Of a DNA stretch of 26,688 bases, positions 8,867 to 16,449 are shown piece by piece. The translations under genes were made by a program, and so were the position numbers. Each line of letters begins with the position of its first letter. Within the stretch, counting starts at the first letter, position 1. The notes under the pieces were generated by a model. The model was not told the origin of the DNA and searched no databases. It was given only the letters and a program-made list of their open reading frames with translations. Source of the DNA: a virus (Duplodnaviria > Caudoviricetes); IMG/VR virus record IMGVR_UViG_3300042453_004355, positions 1 to 26,688 of that record; one strand, 5' to 3'.

Positions 8867-10830
8867 TGACCATCACTCTTCCAGAGCCGCTCCCCGCCTA
8901 CTACAACCGGTTCGATCCGGATCTCCACTACGACGAGATCCTGGTGCGCGCCGGCTTTGGCGTGCAGAGCTCCGAGATCAACGAGATCCAGAGCACGCTG
9001 ATCGATCGGCTGAAGCGGATCGCAGATGCTGTGTTCCGCGATGGCTTCGTCATCCGCGGCACGCCGCCCACCATCGACGCGACTACCGGCCAGACGGTCT
9101 GCCCGGCCAGCGCCATCTATCTGCGCGGCGCTGTGCGCGAGGTGCCGGCCCGCACCTTTACCATCTCCACCACGGGGCTGGTGCTGATCGGCGTCTTCAT
9201 CCTCGATGAGGTGATCACCGAGCAGGACGACGCGACGCTGCGGTGCCCGGCGCCCAACACCCGCAACTACAACGAACCGGGCGCTGGCCGCCTTCGCACC
9301 ACCGCCACATGGGGCCGTGAAGGCGATGGCAGCACCGGCGTCTTCTACCCCGTCTGGACGATCATCGACGGAGCGCTGCTCAACCAGGCCGAGGCCAGCG
9401 TCGGCGATAGCTTCTCCGAGGCGCTCGCTCGCTACGACCGAGAGAGCAACGGCAACTACATCGTCACCGGCCTCGGCGTCACGGCGCTGGGCCTAGCGGC
9501 CGGCGTCAACGCCTTCTCGGTGCGTGATGGCGTCGGCAACATCTTCGGCTACAAGATCGACAAGCTGGCCAGCACGCGCCTCACCTATGCCGAGGATCCA
9601 GACCTGGAGCTGGTCGACGCTGAGCCCGACACCTTCACCGGCACGACCGGCGGCAGCGCCACCATCCAGCTGAACCGCTTCCCGGTCGAGAGCATTCTCG
9701 AGGTGGTGATCACCCGCGAGAAGACCGTCACCATCACCCGTGGCGGTGTCAGCGGCGGCCAGGACACCCTCCCTGATGTGTCGGTGCTGAGCATCGAGAG
9801 CATCACCCAGGGCGGCACCACCTACACCGCGACGACCGACTACTTCCTCAACGGCGACAAGGTGGACTGGAGCCCTGGCGGCGCTGAGCCGGCACCCGGC
9901 TCCACCTACTCGATCACCTACCGCTACCTCGGGAACGTCACCCCCTCGGCAGTGGATCTGCAGGCCGGCAGCTTCACGGTGACTGGCGCAGTCAACGGCA
10001 CCCTGGTGCTCACCGACTACCGCTGGAAGCTGCCGCGCTACGACCGGATCTGCATCGACCGCGAGGGCATCTTCTCCCGCGTCAAGGGCATCAGCAGCAG
10101 GTTCACCGCCCTGCCGCCTGCAGTGCCCGGCAACCTGCTGAGCCTGGCGACGATCGAACAACGCTGGGGCCTCACGCCGAACGTGACCAACGACGGCATC
10201 CGCGCGATCCCCTTCGACCAGCTGGAGCGGATGCGGTCGCTGATCGTCGACCTGTTCGACCTCGTGGCAGTGGAGCGGCTCAAGACCGACATCAGCTCGC
10301 GGGAGCCCAGCAGCAAGCGCGGTGTGTTCGTCGATCCCTTCATCGACGACGACCTGCGCGACCAGGGGGTCAACCAGACCGCCTCGATCGTCGATGGAAC
10401 CCTGCAGCTGCCGATCGCACCGACGGTCTATCGGGCGCCGGACAACAACAACCAGGACTGGATGCTCCCCTACACCGAGGAGATCATCCTGTCGCAGACG
10501 CTGCAGACCGGCGGCAGCCCGATCAATCCCTACCAGGCGTTCGATCCGATCCCGGCGGCGGTGGTGCTGACGCCTGCGGTGGATCGCTTCACGCTCATCG
10601 ACACCATCTGGACATCGCCTGCAACCCAGCAGATGACGATCTTCCAGGGCGCCGCGGGCCGCCTGCTGACGGCTACAACAACTGCCACTCGCACCGAGCT
10701 GCTGAGCGAAAGCCAACGCCCTGCAGAGTTCCTCCGCCAGATCCTGGTCAACTTCACTCTGCAGGGCTTCGACCCGGGTGAGACGCTCACCCAGGTTCTG
10801 TTCGACGGGATCAACGTCACCCCAGCCTGA
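8866..10830 (+). CDS. DUF4815 (VrlC-like) baseplate/fibre platform protein, N-terminal half
   Basis: YYNRFDP...QSSEINEIQS, RNYNEPGAGRL, LARYDRESNGNYIV, KRGVFVDPFIDDDLRDQG and INPYQAFDP. Confidence 0.8.
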   Translation: MTITLPEPLPAYYNRFDPDLHYDEILVRAGFGVQSSEINEIQSTLIDRLKRIADAVFRDGFVIRGTPPTIDATTGQTVCPASAIYLRGAVREVPARTFTISTTGLVLIGVFILDEVITEQDDATLRCPAPNTRNYNEPGAGRLRTTATWGREGDGSTGVFYPVWTIIDGALLNQAEASVGDSFSEALARYDRESNGNYIVTGLGVTALGLAAGVNAFSVRDGVGNIFGYKIDKLASTRLTYAEDPDLELVDAEPDTFTGTTGGSATIQLNRFPVESILEVVITREKTVTITRGGVSGGQDTLPDVSVLSIESITQGGTTYTATTDYFLNGDKVDWSPGGAEPAPGSTYSITYRYLGNVTPSAVDLQAGSFTVTGAVNGTLVLTDYRWKLPRYDRICIDREGIFSRVKGISSRFTALPPAVPGNLLSLATIEQRWGLTPNVTNDGIRAIPFDQLERMRSLIVDLFDLVAVERLKTDISSREPSSKRGVFVDPFIDDDLRDQGVNQTASIVDGTLQLPIAPTVYRAPDNNNQDWMLPYTEEIILSQTLQTGGSPINPYQAFDPIPAAVVLTPAVDRFTLIDTIWTSPATQQMTIFQGAAGRLLTATTTATRTELLSESQRPAEFLRQILVNFTLQGFDPGETLTQVLFDGINVTPA

Positions 10831-10839
10831 TAGCCAGCC

Positions 10840-12267
10840 ATGCCACTCACAGCCAACTCAGCCGGTCAGATCACGGGGTCGTTCACGATTCCGGCCAACG
10901 TGCCCGTGGGCACGAAGCGCGTCACGTTCCTGGGCAACCAGGGCAGCTTCGGCGCGGCGCGGTTCATCGGGTCCGGCACGATCCTCACCCGCACGCAGCG
11001 GCAGCTCACCACCATCGAGACGCGGTTCTGGGATCCGCTGGCGCAGACCTTCCGACTGGATCAGCCGCGGCACCTGACGAGCGTGGAGTTCAAGTTCACC
11101 GCGCGCGGCAACACCGCGAACAAGGTCTACCTGGAGATCCGCGAGACGGAGCTGGGCCTGCCCAACGCCACCACCCTCGCGGAGGGCGTGCTGCAGGGCA
11201 CGGCGATCACGGTGGGGGCGTGGAACAAGATCACCTTGACCCGGCCGGTGTTCCTGCAGGCCGGCGTCGAGTACGCCATGGTGCTGCTCACCGATGACGC
11301 TGTGCATGCGGTGGGCCTGGCGGAGCTCGGCAAGTTCGATGCCAGCGCCCAGCAGTTCGTCACCTCGCAGCCGTACACGATCGGCACGATGCTCAAGTCG
11401 AGCAACGCCTCGACCTGGACGCCGGTGCAGGAGAGCGACCTGACGTTCCGCATGTACGGGGCGAAGTTCACATCCAACACGCGCACCGTGAACCTGGGCC
11501 AGCTGCGTGGTGCAGCGGTCGCCAGCCTGACCCGCTCGGGCACCACCGCCACTCTGACCACAAGCACCCCGCACGGGTTCGCCACTGGCCAGAAGGTGGT
11601 GATCAGCGGCGCGACGCAGACCGCCTACAACGGCGCGTTCACGATCACCGTCACCAACACCACGACGTTCACCTACACCGTGACCGGCAGCCCGGCGACG
11701 CCTGCGACCGGCACGATTCTGGTGGCCTCCGGCGACATCACCGACCTGGTGGCCCTGGCCGGCGTCGAGCGGGTGAGCAGCGCGACCGATGCCGAGTTCA
11801 TCTTCACCAGGCCTGACGGCTCGCAGATCCGTGGCGCAGACAACGCCCGCATCCAGCTGGCTGAGGATCTCAACGTGGCGCTGACCCTCTCGGCGGTGCT
11901 GCGCGGGACGGAGAACGAGAGCCCCTACCTGTTCGCCGGCACCCAGGCGGTCTACGGCAACCTCGGGGAGACCGCCACCTATGTGAGCCGCGCGGTGCCG
12001 TGCGCCGCCGGCGCAAAGGTCAGCGCCACCTTCGAGGCCCTGCTGCCTGGCGGATCGAGCGTGCTGGTGGAGTTCGAGAAGAGCGACGGCACCTGGCAGA
12101 CGGTGGCGCTCACCAGCAGCGCATCGGTCGGCGACGGCTGGGTGGAACGCATCCACACCGTGGCCAACTTCAGCGCCGGCGGCACGACCACCCGCGTGCG
12201 CCTCACCCTCTCCGGTTCTGCAGCGGCCCGACCGCAGCTGCGCCAGCTTCGCCTCGTGGTGATCTGA
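10840..12267 (+). CDS. DUF4815-type protein, C-terminal half, with an inserted beta-rich (E1-FCCH-like) module
   Basis: GSFTIPANVPVGTKRVTF, DPLAQTF, QFVTSQPYTIGTMLKSSNASTWT...DLTF and RPQLRQLR. In frame with the upstream half. Confidence 0.78.
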   Translation: MPLTANSAGQITGSFTIPANVPVGTKRVTFLGNQGSFGAARFIGSGTILTRTQRQLTTIETRFWDPLAQTFRLDQPRHLTSVEFKFTARGNTANKVYLEIRETELGLPNATTLAEGVLQGTAITVGAWNKITLTRPVFLQAGVEYAMVLLTDDAVHAVGLAELGKFDASAQQFVTSQPYTIGTMLKSSNASTWTPVQESDLTFRMYGAKFTSNTRTVNLGQLRGAAVASLTRSGTTATLTTSTPHGFATGQKVVISGATQTAYNGAFTITVTNTTTFTYTVTGSPATPATGTILVASGDITDLVALAGVERVSSATDAEFIFTRPDGSQIRGADNARIQLAEDLNVALTLSAVLRGTENESPYLFAGTQAVYGNLGETATYVSRAVPCAAGAKVSATFEALLPGGSSVLVEFEKSDGTWQTVALTSSASVGDGWVERIHTVANFSAGGTTTRVRLTLSGSAAARPQLRQLRLVVI

Positions 12268-12268
12268 T

Positions 12269-13459
12269 ATGCCGATCGACGACAGGACAACCAACCGCAG
12301 CTACCAGCTACCCAACCAGGGCAACCTGCTGAGCGATGACGTGCCGCGGCTGAGAGCGGCGCTGGCGGCCATCGATGCAGACGTCTTCGCCAGGCCGACA
12401 TCGGCCGAGGTGACCCAGCTGCTGAGCGATCTGATCGGCGGCGCCCCGGGCGCGCTCAACACGCTGAACGAGCTGGCGGCGGCGATGGGCGACGATCCCA
12501 ACTTCGCCGCCACCATGGCCACCCAGCTGGCGCTGAAGGCCGATGCGGATGACGTCTACAACAAGGCGGAGGCCGACGCGCGCTACGTGCAGGGCCAGAC
12601 GCAGGCGGAGATGGTGTTCATCGCCACCGCGAACCAGAGCGCCTTCACCCTCTCCACCCCGGTGATCAACAAGCCGTCGGCGCTGGTGACGGTCGATGGC
12701 GTGGTGCAGCCGACGAGCGAGTACAGCCTCAACATGGCCGGCACGGTGCTGACGCTGAGCGAGGGCGTGCCGCTGGGGACCGTGGTGCGGGTGCTGGCGC
12801 TGGGCGTGGCGTCTGTGGGTGCGCCGGGCGACGACACGGTGACGACCGTGAAGCTGCGCAACGATGCGGTGACGACGCCGAAGATCGTCAATGGCGCGGT
12901 GACGGAGGAGAAGCTGGCCAATGGCGCAGTGGGCACCGCCAAGCTGGCCAACGCTGTGGTGACTCCCGCCAAGCTGTCTCAGCCGCCCACGTTGGGGACG
13001 GCCAAGGCCGGCACCGGCGCCGTCATCGACTACACGCTCATCCCGTCCTGGGCGCGGCGGCTCAAGGTGGCGATCAACGGACTCAGCACCAATGGCGCCA
13101 GCCCGATCATCATCCTGCTCGGCACCTCCGCAGGCTTTCAAGCCACCGGCTATGCCGGGTCGGTCTTCAACGAAGTCACCACGGGGGGATCGGCGGGAGG
13201 CAACTACAGCGGCACAGCAGGCTTCCCGCTGGTCTACACCTGGGCCAGCGGCGGGCTGCTCACCGGGATGATCGAGTTCATCAACATCAGCGAAAACGTC
13301 TGGGTGGGCTCTGGTCAGTTCGGCAGAGCCGATGCCGCCGCCTTCCACCGCACCGCCGGCGCGAAGGATCTTGGTGGTGTGCTCGATCGGTTGCGGATCA
13401 CCACCGCGAACGGCACCGACGCTTTCGACTTCGGCCAGGTCAACTTGCTCTTCGAATAA
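12269..13459 (+). CDS. Tail fibre protein
   Basis: N-terminal anchor (LLSDDVPRLRAAL), fibre repeat GAPGALNTLNELAAAMGDDPNFA, VTVDGVVQP module, 10-aa VT..KL.N.A repeats and a C-terminal globular domain. Confidence 0.85.
   Translation: MPIDDRTTNRSYQLPNQGNLLSDDVPRLRAALAAIDADVFARPTSAEVTQLLSDLIGGAPGALNTLNELAAAMGDDPNFAATMATQLALKADADDVYNKAEADARYVQGQTQAEMVFIATANQSAFTLSTPVINKPSALVTVDGVVQPTSEYSLNMAGTVLTLSEGVPLGTVVRVLALGVASVGAPGDDTVTTVKLRNDAVTTPKIVNGAVTEEKLANGAVGTAKLANAVVTPAKLSQPPTLGTAKAGTGAVIDYTLIPSWARRLKVAINGLSTNGASPIIILLGTSAGFQATGYAGSVFNEVTTGGSAGGNYSGTAGFPLVYTWASGGLLTGMIEFINISENVWVGSGQFGRADAAAFHRTAGAKDLGGVLDRLRITTANGTDAFDFGQVNLLFE
12830..12975 (+). repeat. About five tandem 30-bp/10-aa repeats (xxAVTxxKL/I) in the fibre shaft
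   Basis: DDTVTTVKLR NDAVTTPKIV NGAVTEEKLA NGAVGTAKLA NAVVTPAKLS. Confidence 0.85.
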
Positions 13460-14010
13460 TGCCCCTTCAACGCATCCCCGGCGCCATGGTGTCGGACTCG
13501 ACCCTCGGCCGCAACGACATGGGTGAGTCGATGATCCGTCTCGGCACTACGCAGGCCACTACCAGCGGCGTGGCCAAGGAGTTCACCAACATCCCCGCCT
13601 GGGCCCGGCGCGTCACCCTGCACCTCTGGTTCGTCTCCACCAACGGCACGGCCAACCTCCTGGTGCAGCTCGGTACGGGCGGCGCGCCAACCACGTCGGG
13701 TTACACCGGCCACAGCACCTTCTCCTGGGTCAGTCCCGTGCAACAGGACGTTGTATTCATCTCATCCGTCAACGGCATCCCGATCTTCAACAACGCCGCC
13801 GGCTTCAGCCACTTCGGCACTCTCACCTTCAACAACGTCAGCGGCAACTCCTGGGTGGCATCCGGCTCGCTGGTTACCGGCGGCACCCAGGGCTCCACCA
13901 TCTCTGGTGGCTTCATCGAGCTGGCCGGCGCGCTCGACTACCTGCGCATCGTCACCGCCAACGGCACCGACGCCTTCGACCAAGGCGCCGTCAACATCAC
14001 CTGGGAATGA
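13459..14010 (+). CDS. Stand-alone paralogue of the tail fibre C-terminal (receptor-binding) domain
   Basis: TAATG-coupled start. Shares IP.WARR, STNG, LGT, GY.G and LD.LRI.TANGTDAFD.G.VN...E with the C-terminus of the upstream fibre. Confidence 0.8.
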   Translation: MPLQRIPGAMVSDSTLGRNDMGESMIRLGTTQATTSGVAKEFTNIPAWARRVTLHLWFVSTNGTANLLVQLGTGGAPTTSGYTGHSTFSWVSPVQQDVVFISSVNGIPIFNNAAGFSHFGTLTFNNVSGNSWVASGSLVTGGTQGSTISGGFIELAGALDYLRIVTANGTDAFDQGAVNITWE

Positions 14011-14029
14011 GCCCCCAGGCCAGCACCCC

Positions 14030-14051
14030 TAGAATCAACCCGACAGGAGGC
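14030..14051 (+). promoter_or_regulatory. Possible -10 (TAGAAT) and RBS (AGGAGG) upstream of the sheath gene
   Basis: TAGAAT at 14030-14035 and AGGAGG at 14045-14050, in one of the few intergenic gaps. Confidence 0.4.
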
Positions 14052-14059
14052 TTCCGCCC

Positions 14060-15472
14060 ATGACCACGACCTTCCTCCATGGTGTGGAGGTGCTCCAGAT
14101 CGACACTGGGGCTCGCCCAATCCAGACCGTTCGATCCAGTGTGATCGGCATCGTCGGCACTGCGCCCGATGCAGACGAGCTGAAGTTCCCGATCAACACC
14201 CCGGTGCTGATCACGCGCCGCAGTGAGATGGCCGGCCTCGGCGAGGCAGGCACGCTGCAGCCGGCGCTCGATCTGATCTACGACCAGGCCGGCGCTGTCG
14301 TCGTGATGATCCGTGTCGAGGAGGAGGGCACTGAAGCCGCCACCATCGACAACGTGCGCGGCGGCATCGACAACGGAACCGGCGCCTATGAGGGCGTGCA
14401 TGCGTTCCTGGCGGCCGAGAACGCCGTCGGCTTTGCGCCACGCATCCTCATCGCCCCCGGCTTCACGCATCAGCGCACCAGCAACGGCATCCTCTCGATC
14501 GCCGTCACCACCCAGGGCAGCGGTTACACCACCGCCCCAGCTGTGACCATCACCGGCGGCGCCGGCTCTGGCGCTACCGCTGCTGCGGTGCTCGGCACCG
14601 GAGCGAACGCCGGCAAGGTGGTGAGCATCACCATCACCAGCCCGGGCAAGGGTTACGCCACCGACCCCACCATCGCGATCGCTGCGCCCCCTGCAGGCGG
14701 CGTGCAGGCGGTGGCCGGCGCGGTCACCCGTGGCGCCGTCCGCTCCGAGGTGCTGGCCGAGATGGTCGGCATCGCGCAGCGCCTGCGCGCGGTGATCGTC
14801 GCCGACGGTCCCAACACCACCGACGCAGCCGCGATCCAGATCGCCGATGACTTCGGCTCCGATCGCATCTACGTGGTCGATCCCTGGGTGTTGAGCGACG
14901 GGGCCAGCATTCCCGCGAGCTCCGCTGTCGCCGGCCTGATCAACAAGGTCGACAACGAGAAGGGCTTCTGGTGGAGCCCCTCCAACAACGAGATCAACGG
15001 CATCGAGGGCACCGCCCGCGCGATCGACTTCGCGCTCGGCGATTACACCTCCCGCGCCAACCTGCTCAACGAGCAGAAGATCGCCACGATCATCCGCGAG
15101 CAGGGCTTCCGCCTCTGGGGCAACCGCACCCTGGCGATGGATCCGAAGTACGCCTTCCTCTCGGTGCGGCGCACGGCGGACATGATCAACGAGTCGATCC
15201 TCCGCGGCCACCTCTGGGCCGTCGATCGCTGCATCACCGCCACTTACCTCGAGGAGGTGCAGGAGTCGGTGCGGGAGTACCTGCGCAGCCTCAAGGCGCG
15301 CGGCGCCATCCTCGGCGGTGACGTCTGGGTGGACCCTGAGCTCAACACCCCCGTGAGCATCAGCAACGGCCAGGTGTTCTTCGACTTCGACTTCACCCCG
15401 CCGTTCCCTGCCGAGCGGGTCACCTTCCGCTCCCATCTGGTGAACACCTACATCACCGACCTGTTCGCCTGA
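14060..15472 (+). CDS. Contractile tail sheath protein (P2 FI-like) with an inserted beta module
   Basis: FLHGVEV, FPINTPVLI, PRILIAPGF, GFWWSPSN, GFRLWGNRT, FLSVRRTADMI and FDFDFTPPFPAERVTF. Confidence 0.96.
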   Translation: MTTTFLHGVEVLQIDTGARPIQTVRSSVIGIVGTAPDADELKFPINTPVLITRRSEMAGLGEAGTLQPALDLIYDQAGAVVVMIRVEEEGTEAATIDNVRGGIDNGTGAYEGVHAFLAAENAVGFAPRILIAPGFTHQRTSNGILSIAVTTQGSGYTTAPAVTITGGAGSGATAAAVLGTGANAGKVVSITITSPGKGYATDPTIAIAAPPAGGVQAVAGAVTRGAVRSEVLAEMVGIAQRLRAVIVADGPNTTDAAAIQIADDFGSDRIYVVDPWVLSDGASIPASSAVAGLINKVDNEKGFWWSPSNNEINGIEGTARAIDFALGDYTSRANLLNEQKIATIIREQGFRLWGNRTLAMDPKYAFLSVRRTADMINESILRGHLWAVDRCITATYLEEVQESVREYLRSLKARGAILGGDVWVDPELNTPVSISNGQVFFDFDFTPPFPAERVTFRSHLVNTYITDLFA

Positions 15473-15508
15473 TCATCCCCCCACCCGCTCACCTCTCAGG
15501 ATTGACCC

Positions 15509-16015
15509 ATGGCACAGATCCCCCGCACGCTGAAGAACTTCAGCCTCTTCGTCGATGGCCAGGGCCTCGCCGGCACCATCGACACCCTCACCCTCCCCAC
15601 CCTCACCACGAAGATGGAGGAGTTCCGCGGCGGCGGCATGGACGCCCCGGTGGAAGTCGACATGGGGATGGAGAAGCTGGAGGGCAGCTTCCAGCTGCTC
15701 GAGTACAACCCCGACGTCATCGCCCTCTATGGCCTGGCGTCGGCCAACACCCAGATGACCGCACGCGGCGCGATGCGTCGTGATGGTGAAGACGCTGTGC
15801 CTGTCGTGGTCAACATGACCGGCGTGGTGAAGCAGGTGGAGAAGGGCGACTGGAAGGCCGGCGATCAGTCGAGCCCCACCTTCACCTTCGCCCTGCGCTA
15901 CTACAAGCTCACCGTCGGCGGCCGCGAGCTGGTCGAGATCGACAAGGTGAACATGATCCGCCGCATCAACGGCCAGGATCAGCTGGCCACCATCCGCCAA
16001 GCCATCGGGGTCTGA
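15509..16015 (+). CDS. Major tail tube protein (P2 FII-like)
   Basis: IPRTLKNFSLFVDG, LPTLTTKMEEFRGGGMDAPVEVDMGMEKLE and YYKL...EIDKVNMIRRINGQDQLA. Confidence 0.96.
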   Translation: MAQIPRTLKNFSLFVDGQGLAGTIDTLTLPTLTTKMEEFRGGGMDAPVEVDMGMEKLEGSFQLLEYNPDVIALYGLASANTQMTARGAMRRDGEDAVPVVVNMTGVVKQVEKGDWKAGDQSSPTFTFALRYYKLTVGGRELVEIDKVNMIRRINGQDQLATIRQAIGV

Positions 16016-16018
16016 TCC

Positions 16019-16294
16019 ATGAGCAGCAAGAAGCGTCCTGAGGGCAGCGCCAAGGTCGTCTTCGACTTCCCCGAGATGATCGGCGGCGTCGAGGTCGACT
16101 TCCTGGTGATGCGCCGGCCCAAGGTTCGCGACAGGGTGGAGGCGGCCAAGGCCTCCACCAACGAGGGCGAGCAGGCTGTGCAGCTCGTGGCCAACCTCTG
16201 CGAGGTTCCGGTCGACGAGATCATGCAGCTCGACGACGCCAACTGGGGCAAGCTGGAGGCTCAGGTCGTGGCTTTCAGGATGGCCAGGTCGTAG
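16019..16294 (+). CDS. Tail assembly chaperone (P2 gpE / Mu gp41-like)
   Basis: LVMRRPKVRD...ANLCEV..DEIMQLD..NW.KL. Lies between the tube and tape measure genes. Confidence 0.9.
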   Translation: MSSKKRPEGSAKVVFDFPEMIGGVEVDFLVMRRPKVRDRVEAAKASTNEGEQAVQLVANLCEVPVDEIMQLDDANWGKLEAQVVAFRMARS

Positions 16295-16449
16295 CAGTGG
16301 AGTCCCTGCGCCGGGCCGTTGTGATCCTGGCGAAGGCGACCGGCTGGGGCCTGGCCGAGATCCTCGACATGGAGCTGGCCGACTTCTGGTCCTGGCTCGC
16401 ATCCGCCCAGTCGGTGGACAATGAGATCGCGGAGAGGGTGGGCTCATGA
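16273..16449 (+). CDS. GpE'-like chaperone extension in the -1 frame (absent from the ORF track); probable programmed frameshift product
   Basis: The -1 frame reads FQDGQVVAVESLRRAVVILAKATGWGLAEILDMELADFWSWLASAQSVDNEIAERVGS*, with the GW...EI..M......W motif. The stop overlaps the tape measure ATG (ATGA 16446-16449). Confidence 0.82.
   Translation, partial: FQDGQVVAVESLRRAVVILAKATGWGLAEILDMELADFWSWLASAQSVDNEIAERVGS

Noticed and set aside
10828-10833. Genome-wide stop-codon reassignment
   Set aside because: TGA, TAG and TAA all terminate conserved genes at the expected positions.
13380-14010. Possible DGR template/variable repeat pair at the fibre 3' ends
   Set aside because: Mismatches are not confined to adenines, both copies are coding, and there is no reverse transcriptase in the window.
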